From: Octopus sinensis
Taxonomy: Eukaryota
DNA length: 64,000 bases
Reading direction: 5' to 3'
NCBI RefSeq assembly: GCF_006345805.1
Contig: NC_043000.1
Span: 117,490,001 to 117,554,000, forward strand
Shown: piece after piece, positions 1 through 12,503 of the stretch
Position numbering within the stretch: position 1 is the first letter of the stretch
Layout: every line of letters starts with the position of its first letter
Notes under the pieces: model-generated
What the model saw: the letters and a program-made list of their open reading frames with translations, nothing else
Databases searched by the model: none
What the model was told of the DNA's origin: nothing
Made by a program: the position numbers and the translations under genes

Positions 1-204
1 TTCTATACTACTAAAATCAGACATTTCAGTTGTTTTTCAGAAACTGAGCAATCACGCGATTTTATTCCCTTGCTGTCGAATCTTCCGGAATACTGGCCAT
101 GACAAGGTCTATTTTATTCCACTATTTTCCCCCTTATTAATTTTGGAGTTCCTTTTTTATTTTGTCTTTTTTTAATACTTTTTTTCTGATATGTGCATAT
201 CATA

Positions 205-620
205 GGCGCAGGAGTGGCTGTGTGGTAAGTAGCTTGCTTACGAACCACATGGTTCCGGGTTCAGTCCCACTGCGTGACACGGTAGGCAAGTGTCTTCTAC
301 TATAGCCTCGGGCCAACCAAAGCCTTGTGAGTGGATTTGGAAGACGGAAACTGAAAGAAGTTCATCGTATATATATGTATGTATGAATGGATGGATAGAT
401 GTATATGTTTGTATACGTGTGTTTGTTCCCCCCCCCCACCCAACATCGCTTGATAACCGTTGCTGGTGTGTTTATGTCACCGTAACCTAGCGGTTCGGCA
501 AAAGAGACCAATAGAATAAGTACTAGGCTTACAAAAAATAAGTCCTGAGGTCGATTTGTTCAACTAAAGGCGATGCTCCAGCATGGCCGCAGTCAAATGA
601 CTGAAACAAGTAAAAGAGTA
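205..620 (+). mobile_element. tRNA-derived SINE, family A (CORE-like, internal TA/TG microsatellite), full length
   Basis: Pol III-like head GGCGCAGGAGTGGCTGTGTGGTAAG...GGTTCAGTCCC, an internal microsatellite, and a CAGTCAAATGACTGAAACAAGTAAAAGAGTA tail. Many copies or halves recur across the window (e.g. 2263, 13707, 17222, 20120, 29730, 31040, 36120, 37805, 42660, 43975, 49478). Confidence 0.9.
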
Positions 621-1489
621 GGCATACTGCTTTAATGAATAATATTAATTGTTAATTTCGTGTAATTTAAGACTTCACTTTGCAAATGATTGCTTAGAAA
701 CAAGAGCATGTTTATTAATTGTTATTAAATCTTCTTTCTATAGAACTCATCAATTATTTGATAGAATACGAAATATATAAACAACATAAAACAGACGCGT
801 TATTTGTTCCGGCCTTCTTCAATCTGAGTTGAAAATTCGCCGAGCTCAATTTTGCTTTCCATCCTTCCAGGATCAATAAAAATATATACCAGTCACCGAA
901 ACGGGACAATTGGGCGCCACTGTTTGGACGCTGGTCATACGGCATGGCCGACTGGACACAGAGCTTGCTTTGGCAAGAGTGCTTTTTGGCACTGGAGGCA
1001 AACACATAAGCGCGCGCATAGAAATATATACACATACAGATAGAAAGAGTAAGATAGTGAGGGAGAGAGAAAGATAGAGAACATGAGAAGTATTAGAACG
1101 TCTAATGTCAATTAGCGTCAAGTAAGCAACGCCAAAAAGGCGACGCCAAAACGGCGGTGCCGAAACGTCCCATACTCATCAGCCACATACTGAAGTCTAT
1201 GTAATCGACTGCTTCCTTCCTCCAAACTCAAAGCCATGTTCTTACGTAAGAAAATATATTAGCGCAGTAAACTGGCTGAATAATTAGCACATCACACAAA
1301 AATACCTTTATTCGTCGTTGCGTAAGCATTTGCACTTCTTGTGAAAAAGACGGGTTCCACTAGTTATGTAAAAAATATTTGGACACGGAAGTTCAGATTA
1401 ATAAGTTTCTGTAACAGAAATATAATAAAATGTCGAAATTACTGCTCTTTTCATCTTTCTATGAAAGAAATGGTTCTTTTTCAACCGTT

Positions 1490-2262
1490 GACTTGATTGT
1501 GTAGGCAAAAGAGAGCATTGGGATGCTAGTTGAGTATATGGCTTCAAAACTGTACAAGGACATGAGAATGAATGAAACTGAAAATAAATGGATAAAGAAA
1601 AGAATGCATGGACAATTTCATAGAGTTGTTGAAGATAAGATTGAGAAAAAAGATGGCTATGAATGACTAAAAGTGATTTAAAACTGGAAACGGAGGCTCT
1701 AACCTGTGCTACCTAAGAGCAAGCATTAAGAACCAATAACATCAAATACAGAATAGACAACACATCAGAAAGTGATGAATTCAGAATTTGTGGACAAAAT
1801 GGTGAAACCGTATGACATATTACCAGTCAATGTACGCCACTGGCCTAGAAAGAATATAAGAGACGTCATGACAAGATACCTCGGATTGTCCATTGGAAAC
1901 TTTGCCACAAGTATGGACTTGACAAAGCAAAAAATTGGTAGGAACATAAACCCGAAGGAATCATCGAAAATGATAATGCAAAGAACCTATAGGTTCTTTA
2001 TGATTCAGTGCGACCATGTGATAGAGAATAGGAAGCCAGACATAGTGTTAATGGAGAAAGAAAGCAAACGATGCTGGATCATAGATATAGCATGCCCAGC
2101 TGACAAGGTATGCAATAAGGAAGAAAGAAAAGTGGATAGATATGACAGGTTAACTTGGGAGGTTAAGCAGTTTTGGTCGCTGAAAAAGGTGGTAGTAGTA
2201 CCAATAATTGTCGGAGCCCTGAGAACGGTGAGTAAAAGTCTTGAGAAGTACATGGAACAAGT
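1490..2262 (+). mobile_element. Degenerate non-LTR retrotransposon C-terminus with restriction-like endonuclease (R4/Dong-like)
   Basis: Decayed CCHC knuckle (xRICGQNGETV*HITSQC), RHD motif, then NRKPDIVLMEKESKRCWIIDIACPAD...KEERKVDRY (PD..D..K). Contains frameshifts and stops; the 3' end is interrupted by a SINE. Confidence 0.8.
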
Positions 2263-2645
2263 AGGCGTGGCTGTGTGACAAGAAGTTTGTTTCCCAAACC
2301 TCATGGATGCGGATTCATACCCATTGCGTAGCGCCTTGGGCAAGTGACTTCTACTATAGCCTCGAGCCGACCAAAGCCTTGCGAACGGATTTGGCAGGAG
2401 GAAACTGAAAGAAGCCTGTTGTATAACTGTATATCTGTGTGTGTTTGTGTGTCTATGATTGTCCCCCCCCCCAAGCACACACACACCACTTGGCAACCGG
2501 TGTTGGTGTGCTTATGTCCCCGTAATTTCACATTTGGCAAAATAGAGCTATAGAATAAGTATTAATCTTTAAAAACAAGTACCAGGGTTGATTCGTTCGA
2601 CTAAAATGGCCGCAGTGAAATGACTGAAACAAGCAAAAGAAAAAG
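2263..2645 (+). mobile_element. SINE family A, diverged copy
   Basis: Same head, body and tail as 205-620. Confidence 0.85.
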
Positions 2646-2649
2646 ATAA

Positions 2650-2669
2650 TGAAAAACATATATATATAT

Positions 2670-2701
<32 letters not shown>

Positions 2702-2743
2702 GCAGGCAGGCAAGCAGGCAGGCAGACAGACAGGCAGGCAGGC

Positions 2744-2774
<31 letters not shown>

Positions 2775-2783
2775 TAGATAGAC

Positions 2784-2844
<61 letters not shown>

Positions 2845-2845
2845 T
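2650..2845. repeat. Compound (AGAC)n(AGGC)n(AGAT)n microsatellite
   Basis: Visible tetranucleotide runs. Confidence 0.95.
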
Positions 2846-3353
2846 AATATTAATATAAATTCAGGAAACTTAATTGATATCTTAAGTTTTATAACACACA
2901 CGTTCCAATAAATCAACTGACAAGATTACGCAATCGTTTAGTGAAATTGCATAATCTTATCGATTCACATCGTCAGTGTTTTCAGCAAATAATACAAACT
3001 ATAGCGTTAAGTTTACACAGTATGACTCTCCGTTATGCAGACTACCTAAAACATTGATGATGTGGTGGAATGTCGTGTGGCCGAGTGCTAAGTAATAGGA
3101 CGATGTAAATAGAAGACAAGAAAGGTCGATATGAAGAAGATATTGAAGATAGCGGCTTTTCTTACATATTTAGGGACACTCAGATACATCGTAGATAGCC
3201 CTGCACATATATAGACACTAGCCTTACGATACTCCCTGGGAGTTCATGGTATGAATTTCATTGACATTGATCCGATTTGGTCGCCGATGTCATGCATTTA
3301 GTTTAAAATGCAGTAAAAATTAGGTCCCCAATAAGGCAGCCCTTAAAAAAATA

Positions 3354-3793
3354 CCGTAAATCCTCGATTATAGTCCGCCCTTGAGTATAATACGCGGCGG
3401 ATTTTTAGAGGGCTGTACCTCTGAAAAACCTAACCCTTGTGTGTAATACGCACCTCTTCTCTAACTTGAGTCATATGGGAATGTAAATATGTTTGCAAAT
3501 TGTTTTTGTTATATGTTATTCTGAATTCTGAATACTTTTATTTTAATAAATGTTGCTTATTGCAAGTTATGGATGATTCTTTTATGACTTCATTGCTTTC
3601 AGGCTTAGCTTAAGGTATTTTCGCGCCCGACATCACAAATTGCGTCTGAATAAACATTGCCAGACAGCAAATAGAGACTCGGACATTGCTTAGAAAATAT
3701 TTTTTTCATTTTTAACCTTTTATATAGTATGCACTAGGGATTTTGACCTTTAAATTTTGGGAAAAAATGCGGATTATACTCGAGAATTTACGG
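3354..3793. mobile_element. pogo/Tigger-like MITE
   Basis: TIRs CCGTAAATCCTCGATTATAGTCCGC / GCGGATTATACTCGAGAATTTACGG, flanked by TA on both sides. Confidence 0.85.
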
Positions 3794-4556
3794 TAGACCC
3801 CCTTAGGACATTCCTGGGATTAGGGAAGTTGCTGATTTGAGTTTCGTTGTCCTTGCACAAATGGTCTAGTGGAAGTTAACGAACATACAAACGTAACGGA
3901 CAGAAAAACATCACTCAAATTTATATTAAAATGGTAGATGAGATAAAGGAAGAATTAACTTTGAAACTACGCATGGTCAATAGTGACAACAACAACAACA
4001 ACATCAACAACGGCAACAGCAGTGGAGGCTCAATGGCCCTGTGGTTAGGGCAGCGGACTCGCGGTTTCGATTCCCAGACCGGGTGTTGTGTGTGTTTATT
4101 GAGTGTTTATTGGCAGCAGAGAGATATTCAGGGGGTCATGGTCTGGATATGATCCTGCCCCCTTTGACTGTAAGGAGCTAAGGGCTTAGTTTTTCTTTGA
4201 AGATCTTCAGATGTTTAGCTCTGCTTAGAGTTTCTTATCAACCAGCTTCAATGAACTTGGCCTAATTAAGATGAAGCGTATATTCGTGAAAATCTCCGTA
4301 GTATTCGTAAAAATCTCTCTAGGAAGCGGCATGTTGTGTACCACCCTTCTCTGCCTCTTCCACTCGCACGCGTCCATCATCGCACGCTATATTTATAAAC
4401 ACACCCGCGCATACTGTACCGGATCTACACGAGAAGTGTTCCACGCATATATAGATGAACACACTCACACACACACATGCACAATTACCGATGCACCTAT
4501 GCATGCATATACACACATTCACCACAAACGCCTTCTTTGCCATCACATACGGCAGG

Positions 4557-4950
4557 AGGCACAATGACCCAGTGGTTAGGGCAGCAGACTCGCAGTCGGA
4601 GGATCGTGGTTTCGATTCCCAGACTGGGCGTTGTGTGTGTTTATTGAGCGAAAACACCTAAAGCTCCACGAGGCTCCGGCAGGGGTGGTGGCGAACCCCG
4701 TTGTGCTCTTTCGCTCCAACTTTCCCTCACTCTTTCTTCCTGTTTCTTGTCCCCGACTTCCTACGCAACCGCTGAGCCTGGATGCGCATTCATCCATGCG
4801 TCGATGCTCTCGGTGTCGGGGGTTGACCTGCTTTCTCTTCTGCGGGTCTTACGAATAGCAACGGACCACGTTTCGGACTTCTCCTACTACAGACAATCCT
4901 GAGGCACGATCTTGCGAGCTCTGGGACGAAGACCGCTCCGCTCAACAAAC
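4557..4950 (+). mobile_element. tRNA-derived SINE, family C
   Basis: Head GACCCAGTGGTTAGGGCAGCAGACTCGCAGTCGGAGGATCGTGGTTTCGATTCCC with A/B boxes and an (AAAC)n tail. Related copies at 4026, 13962, 19518 and 53995 (-). Confidence 0.8.
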
Positions 4951-5129
4951 AAACAAACAAACAAACAAACGCTCACATTCGGCAACTTTTACAGTTACTA
5001 CCTTTCTCCACCCACTCGCCTATTCACTGTTGCACGTGAACTTATTTGTCTGTTGGTATTCACATAAACAATGGTAAATTATCTGATCATTTTATGCAAG
5101 TTCATAAGATCCACGATATTGACCGCCTG

Positions 5130-5378
5130 ACCATTGGAACGCGTCTCTTCCACAAGAATTTTAATAAGAGACCCTTCAAACTGGTCAAGCAGTAACTGGG
5201 ACAAGGCACGACGCTCAGGCGATAAAGGATAATGGAGGCGATGTAAGGATTCGCCACCTCTAACTGACCTTACTGGGAAAGCTTCCTTTCAGCCAATTTC
5301 CATGTAAGACCGGCCACTCTGTTCACCACTTCGTCCCAGTTCTTATCAACCTGGAGGTCGGGACCAAACCAGACCCCG
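5130..5378 (-). mobile_element. L1/Tx1-clade LINE ORF2 fragment
   Basis: Manual translation: KNWDEVVNRVAGLTWKLAERKLSQ*GQLEVANPYIASIILYRLSVVPCP...LLLKFLWKRRVPMVRR. This fits the post-RT region pattern of Tx1-type ORF2 and has one in-frame stop. Confidence 0.7.
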
Positions 5379-5384
5379 AGAAGT

Positions 5385-5838
5385 TAAACACAAGGCCTGA
5401 AATTTGGAGGGAGGGAAGAAGTCTATTATATTGGCCCCAGTGTTTCACTGGTACCAAATTTAAACATAGAGGGGACAGACAAAGGGATTAAGTCGATTAC
5501 ATCGACTTAACTGGTACTTATTTAATCGACCCCGAAAGGATGAAAGGCAAAGTCGACCTCGGCGGAATTTGAATTCAGAACGTAGCGGCAGACGACATAC
5601 CTATTTCTTTACTACCAACAAGGAACTAAACACAGAGAGGACAAACAAGGACAGACAAACAGATTAAGTCGATTACAACAACCCCAGTGCATAACTGGTA
5701 TTTTATTTATCGACCCCGAAAGGATGAAAGGCAAAGTCGACCTCGGCGGAATTTGAACTCAGAAGGTAACAACGGCAGACGAAATACGGCTACGCATTTC
5801 GCCCGGCGTGCTAACGTTTTTGCCAGCTCGCCGCCTTA
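5385..5838 (-). mobile_element. SINE family B dimer
   Basis: Head GGCGGCGAGCTGGCA...GAGTTCAAATTCC and conserved core GTCGACTTTGCCTTTCATCCTTTCGGGGTCGAT (resembles the Deu/Nin domain; inferred). Two monomers are joined at 5600/5601. Confidence 0.85.
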
Positions 5839-5953
5839 ATAATAATAATAATAATTGGTGTACCTTTATCAGACGGGTAGTCATGATGGGTATATTGGGC
5901 TTCGTATATTTTACCCCAGTGTCACTTTGATGGCATGCACTGCTCTCTCACTC

Positions 5954-5996
<43 letters not shown>

Positions 5997-6545
5997 GATA
6001 AATAAATAAATGACAGGAATTCGCTGAGGTTATTACCCCATCCGGATCTAATTTATATTTATAAATGTTGACAAGTTAGTGGAAGAAGATTGAGTTCGTT
6101 GTTCTAAATTCGAGACCTTTTAATACATTGAATAATTCCATCGTTCTGAGAGCTAAAAGAAATAAGTTTTGAACCTTTTCAAAACAAGAAAAGTTTGTGA
6201 AACAAACGAATGTGAAATAAAAAAAGAATTTCATCTTCGAAGCATTTAGAAAACAATTTGAAATTACTGACATCCACAAATAATATATTTCTCTAAATAG
6301 AATCTTTCTAGTTTTGGCACAAGGCCAGTATTTTTTTTTTTTTTTTTGAAAGAGATTGAAGGGGGCTAGTCGATTACACCGCCCCCCCCCACCCACCAAG
6401 TCTTAAATGGTACTTATTTTATCGAAAATATGACAGACAAAATCGACCGCACTGACATTTTAACTCAGAGCGTAAAGATCCGGAAGAAATGCTGCTAAGC
6501 ATTTTGTCCGGCGTGGTAACGATGCTACCAGCTCATCGCTTTCTA

Positions 6546-6820
6546 TTGGGTTGTCCGGAAAGTTCGTGCCGATTTTTAAAGATGGAGACGCACAATGCAT
6601 CTCCATCTTTCCTTTAACTTGAAAATACCTCCTTCCCAGAATTGAGGTGGTTTCATGGCAAAGAATTCATCAAGGTATCTTTTTACGTCATCCAAGGAAT
6701 TGAAATTTTTACTATTAAGACTATTCAGCAGAGACCTGAATAAGTGGAAATCCGAAGGAGCAATATCCCAGCCGAGCTGCAGCAATTTTTGTCTGGTTCC
6801 CAAGTGCCGAAAAATCACCG
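6546..6820 (-). mobile_element. mariner (D,D34D) element 3' end, degenerate
   Basis: TRQKLLQLGWD-IAPSDFHLFRSL...DDVKRYLDEFFAMKPPQFWEGGIFKLKERW, with the PHPPYSPD segment deleted. TA followed by TIR TTGGGTTGTCCGGAAAGTTCGTG at 6546. Confidence 0.85.
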
Positions 6821-6867
6821 TCGGGATTCGAACTAGAGACCTTTTAATACATTGAATAATTCCATCG

Positions 6868-7200
6868 TTCTCTCTCTCTTTCTCTTTCTCTCTCCTCTTC
6901 TATCTATCTTTCTCTCTCTCTCCTTCTTTCTCTCTATCTTTCTCCCCTTCACTCTCTCCCCCTCTCTCTCCTCTTCTCTCTCCCCTTTTCTCTCTCTCTT
7001 TCTCTCTCTCTCTCTCACATTCTGTTTCTCCCCCTCTTTCTCCAACACACGCACTCTGTTTCTCCCCTCTCTTTCTCTCTCTCCCTTTCTTTCTCTCTAT
7101 CTGTCTTTCTCTTCTCTGTCTCTCTCACACTCACACATATACACACTCCCTCTCTCTCACATACATACACTCCCCCTCTCTCTCACACATACATACACTT

Positions 7201-7238
<38 letters not shown>

Positions 7239-7240
7239 TC
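6868..7240. repeat. (CT)n-rich low-complexity tract
   Basis: Visible imperfect CT/CA repeats. Confidence 0.9.
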
Positions 7241-7630
7241 GAAGAAATCCGTTGTTTTCAAATCTGGAGAGGGATAGGCTCCGTCAGTTTTAAAATGCTC
7301 TAAACTTATTGTACGTCCCGATGGCGTCACTGCAACTCCCCGAGGAGTCAAAGACCCACCACTGACATGTCACCACGATTACTGCACCGTGTATCTTGCA
7401 AACTAACTCTTCAACAACTGAGTCTGTCTGTCTATCTGCAAATACCATGTTCGTGACCTTCATTGCTGGGTTTTAATACTCCCGTTGACAAAATCTACGA
7501 CATATTATTATTTCTAGTCAGAGGACATGCGGAATGAGACGATTGGGGGTAGATGTCTGGACACTGGGGATTTAAAACGGTTGACTGGTCATTCAGCCTG
7601 TTTTGGTGGTAGTAATTTTTAGGACTGGAC

Positions 7631-7669
<39 letters not shown>

Positions 7670-8089
7670 CACATACATACACATACACACACAAACGCAT
7701 ACACACACTCACGTACTGAAATATACGCATAAAGATAGTGAGAGAGAATGAGATTACGCATACATACAAACATGCTTAGGAGCTCACGCATATAAAAAGA
7801 GGAGGGTAAGGAAAAGAAGAGTAACATCAAAACAAGAAAAATAAATAGTGTCTTATGTCAAATAAGTCAGCGTCGAATCAACGGCTGCGCCGAAACAGCT
7901 GTGTCGAAACGTTTCATGATTGAGAAGGTTCTCTGTTGTTTTACGCCCTAAGCAATTTGACCAAAATCCGTCATACATTGCTAGAAGCAAAAGCAGTAGT
8001 GAGAAATCTTGCAAAACATAAGTTTAAAAAAGAGTCCAGAAACAATACCTCCAAATTCCAAAGTCATCCATAGTGATTTCATCATCCAT

Positions 8090-8672
8090 ACTCTCAACAA
8101 TACGCTCTTAAATATGGTTTCTGATTACAAATATCTTGGGTCATACATATCATCATCTGGAAAAGATTTTCTAACTAGGAAGGGTATGGCCTGGTCAGCC
8201 TGTAATGATATGCATAAGATCTGGTCATCAAATCTAAGTAGAGATTTCAAACTTAAAATATTCAAAGCCACAGTCGAACCAATTCTACTATATGGCTCAG
8301 AAACCTGGACGTTATCAAAGAAACTTGAGAGGCGGTTGGATGGAACTTACACTCGCCTCCTTATGAGAGCTCAAAATCTCTCGTGGAGGCGTCATCCAAC
8401 CAAAGTACAAATATATGGGAAATTACCACCTGTATCATCTCTTGTGAAAGGTAGAAGAGTCCAGTTTGCTGGACATTGTTGTAGAGCTGAAAACGAAGTA
8501 ATTTCTACTCTTCTCCTCTGGAAGCTATCTGCTCGCGATACAAGAGGGCGCACACTCTCCTACCCTGACGTAATCTCCAGGGATACAGGACCTCCGTAAT
8601 GCTAAGATGAACCGTGAAGTCTGGCGTAACATAATAAATTCCATTGTCTTGACCACGGTCGAACAATGATGA
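8090..8672 (+). mobile_element. RTE-group LINE 3' fragment (post-RT region)
   Basis: ORF 8009-8599 contains YKYLGSYIS...AWSACNDMHKIW...ILLYGSETWTL...RRVQFAGHC; 5'-truncated. Confidence 0.85.
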
Positions 8673-8962
8673 ATGGATACCTCCAATCGACATTACCGCC
8701 AATAACACCTTCGGTCGTTTCCCACTCTTACTTCATCTGAAGTGAGTCAAAACAAATGAATGGAAATTGATAAATCATGAAACACAACTTGTAATATTTT
8801 CGTTGAAACAAGGTAAATAAAAAGCAAGGTGGTCCTTAGACAGAATCTGAGGAGCATTCGATACACCGCTAAACATTTTGACCTACGCGCTAACTTTTCA
8901 ACCAGTTCGCCATTTTAAAAACTAAAACAGTAAAAAGTAAAAGAAGAGAAAAGTTGTTATTA

Positions 8963-9187
8963 CAGTAATCCCTCGATTGTCGCAGGTGTTACGTTCCAAA
9001 ACTCACCGCCACAGGTGAAAATCCTTGATGTAGAAATAGTACTGTACTGTGTATATATATTTTTTTTATTTTTATAATTTGTATATATTTGTTTTATTAT
9101 AAATGCAAAATAACACCACGGAGGAAACGACGTAAGGTTAAATAATAAACCGCGATAGGTGGACCGCGATATGGTAAGGGAATACTG
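8963..9187. mobile_element. Tigger/pogo-like MITE
   Basis: Ends CAGTAATCCCTCG / AAGGGAATACTG; TA at the left end. Confidence 0.65.
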
Positions 9188-9524
9188 TTTATGATTAATA
9201 ACTTACACATTTGAAACAGAAAACTTAAAATTTATAAATAAAGTCAGCTGAGACTGGTGGCACTTATAATTTCCTTTTCAGCAGTTTAAATTACAGAATT
9301 CAAATTCAGTTGTGGATCTTCAAGAACTTAGCTCGACACAGGGATTCATCACATGACAATAACTTTCTATCCACTTAGCAGAATTCATATGACCATAGAA
9401 AGAGGATATCGAATGACATAACATGCAAATTTTTACGAAAAGAAGATGCAATGTAAGTGGAATGAAGTGACCTCCAATATGAAATTAAATCGTATCGCAA
9501 ACTCAGACCGTCGGAATATTTTTC

Positions 9525-10352
9525 TTTTCTACTCTATGCACAAGGCCCGAAATATTAGGTGGGGGGAGTCAAGTCGATTAGATCGACCCCAGCATGCAAC
9601 TGGTACTTAATTTATCGACTGCGAAAGGATGAAAGGCAAAGTCGGCCTCGGCGGAATTTGAACTCAAAACATAAAGACAGACGAAATACCGCTAAATATT
9701 TCGCCCGGCATGCTAACGTTTCTTATTTCTTTACTGCCCACAAGGGGCTACACACAGAGGGGACAAACAAGGATAGACAAACGGATTAAGTCGATTAGAT
9801 CGACTCCAATGCGTAACTGGTACTTATTTAATCGACTCCGAAAGGACGAAAGGCAAAGTCGACTTCGGCGGAATTTGAACTCAGAACGTAGCGGCATACG
9901 AAATACCTATTTCTTTATTACCCACAAGGGGCTAAACATAGAGGGGACAAACAAGGACAAAGGGATTAAGTCGATTACATCGATCCCAGTGCATAACTGG
10001 TACTTATTTAATCGACCCCGAAAGGGCGAAAGGCAAAGTCGACCTCGGCGGAATTTGAACTTACAACGTAACGGCAGACGAAATACGGCTATGCATTTCG
10101 CCCGGCGTGCTAACGATTCTGCCAGTTCGTCGCCTTCTTTTCAACTCTAGGCACAACGCTCAAAATTTTGGGGGAAGGGGTCAGTCGATTAGATCGACCC
10201 CAGTGCGTAACTGGTACTAAATTTATCAACTCCGAAAGGATGAAAGGCAAAGTCAACCTCGGCGGAATTTGAACTCAGAACATAAAGACAGACGTAATAC
10301 TGTTTTAAGGATTTCGCCCGGTGTGCTAACGTTTCTGCCAGCTCGCCGCCTT
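9525..10352 (-). mobile_element. Cluster of SINE family B monomers and a dimer
   Basis: Four consecutive copies of the family B core; fixed dimer junction at 9906/9907. Confidence 0.85.
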
Positions 10353-10599
10353 CCGTCTGAATATTATTGTGCTCCATTGGCATGCCACTTATTGCCACTT
10401 ATTAGATAATAACCCATTGTGTTGTCACAAGATCGGAAATTTATTACAGAAGAGATAAAAATCATTTAGATTAACTTTAGTGTATTGTTGATGTTCTGGA
10501 AAGATAAATGACAAACATAATTCAGGCTAAAATTGAACTTCAGAACTTAAACGATCGAAACGAAACTAAATTGAATTTATTTATTTAATCTGCTTCTAT

Positions 10600-11140
10600 C
10601 TTCCGCTCCTTTTTTCTTGCAAAGTTTATTAAAGCGGGATTTAATTATAATCCTTTAAACCTGCGAGTACGCCTTAGCGGGCACGATTTCGTTTGACTTT
10701 AATCGTGAAGGACGTAAAAGCGAACGGCTACATAGTTTTATGTGAAGGTGTTTGGTCTTGTAGTTTGAATGTTACACTCACGATTTACAAGATCGTACGT
10801 GGTTTCCATTCCGAGCCTGGGTGGTGCACAGTGGCGGCTAGTGTATAGGCACTGCGGAACTGCAGCAACCCCTATTTCCACTCGATATTAGCGATAACAT
10901 TCTATATAATGAGTCCTTTTTTTCTTTAATTCTTTCTTTATACTTGTACACTATATAATCCTTAAGCTCAATGCCAGTAGCCATCTCTTGGTTAATGAAA
11001 CAAAATACAAAAATCCTTGTATAGAACTGTATGCGGTGGTTGGCTGTTGTGCGCATGCTCACATGGCCGAGATAGGAAGTTGCGCGCTAGGAAGAGAGAG
11101 CACTATTGTTCACGCAGTGCCGACTCTGGTATGCTGGTGA
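10600..11140. promoter_or_regulatory. CpG-rich, non-repetitive, promoter-like or first-exon region
   Basis: Locally dense CG dinucleotides; TGCGCATGCTCA (NRF1-like), ACATGGCCG and GGAAGT motifs at 11049-11080; splice donors on both strands. Confidence 0.35.
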
Positions 11141-12082
11141 AAAGTAGTGTTTCTTTTTGACTCTGCGTGTGTTGCGCTTAAAAATATGTTTATATTCTTG
11201 ATTTTGAAAAAGTGTAGGATTAAATTATTATTCTGCATCCAAGATTTGAAAAAATATTTACACGATATTAAAACAGCAGCTAAAAATTTTCTGAAGCAGT
11301 TCCCCCAGTTATTTTATCTACGATCCGGCACTGGTGGTACGTTATGTTTTGGAACAGAACATATCATTTCACGCTGCCCCACTCCGCTTAATTGTAAATG
11401 TGTCGCCTAGTGGCGGAATGGTGTCCCATTCAGGGGAAATGTTGTAATCTCGGTCGTTTATACACGATGGAAGTCGGGTAACCGATCCCAAGGGTCCTAG
11501 GTCTTGAGACAATAACGTCCAGGGAATTTGCTTTACTCTAACGCTTGGCAAGGTTTTGTATCTACGGATAGCTAGTTGTCACAAACCATGGGGGCATCCG
11601 TTTTCGCATCTTCCATGTATTATAATTAAAAGGATACGAGTCCGCTAAAGCGAACTCCTAGGTTCAAAACGTTAAACCAGTGAATAAAACATCCAGTCTG
11701 TTTCTCTATGTTCTCAGTAATCCATGACGTTGCGAAATATAACCACATATACTCGTTTATCAATGATTCATTTATCGCGGATTCACTTATCACGGATCCG
11801 GGATAACACAGTATGCTCACTGTGAAACGTGTTACGCTTATTACCAATTGATTTGCGATGGCAAGAGTTGGCGATCAGTCACAGATTCTGCTTGAACCGC
11901 AAAAGTGCGCCCCAGCAATTATCCACAAAGCTCACTATGATATGGGGTCTCAGAGCGAAATCTATTTTTCTCATAAGCTCTATTATGCTCTATTATTCAT
12001 TTATCACTGGTTCGTTTCAAAAAGGTATTTTTTAACAGGCACAGGAATGGCTATGTGATAAGAAGTTTAAATCCTAACCTAG

Positions 12083-12503
12083 CCACAGGATTGGCTGTGT
12101 GATAAGTAGCTTGCTTACCAACCATATGGCTCTGGGTTCAGTCTCACTGCGTGGTACCTTGGGCAAGTGTCTTCTACTATAGTCTCGGGCCGACCAAAGC
12201 CTTGTGAGTGGATTTGGTAGACGGAAACTGAAAGAAGCCCGTCGTATATATGTATATATACATATATACATGTGTGTGTGTGTGTCTGTTTGTTTCATCC
12301 CCCACTCAACATTGCTTGACAACCGATGCTGATGTGTTTATGTCCCCGTAACTTAGCGGTTCGGCAAAACGAGACCGATAGAATAAGTACTAGGCTTACA
12401 AAGAATAAGTCCTGGGGTCGATTTGCTCGACTAAAGGTGGTGCTCCAGCATGGCCGCAGTCAAATGACTGAAACAAGTAAAAGAGTAAAAGAGAGTAAAG
12501 AGT
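12083..12503 (+). mobile_element. SINE family A, full length, followed by a degenerate second copy to ~12820
   Basis: Near-consensus head, body and tail. Confidence 0.9.

Noticed and set aside
11858-12058. Two overlapping plus-strand ORFs with an AAG|GTATTT donor
   Set aside because: No polypyrimidine acceptor, two frames equally open, and no recognisable family.
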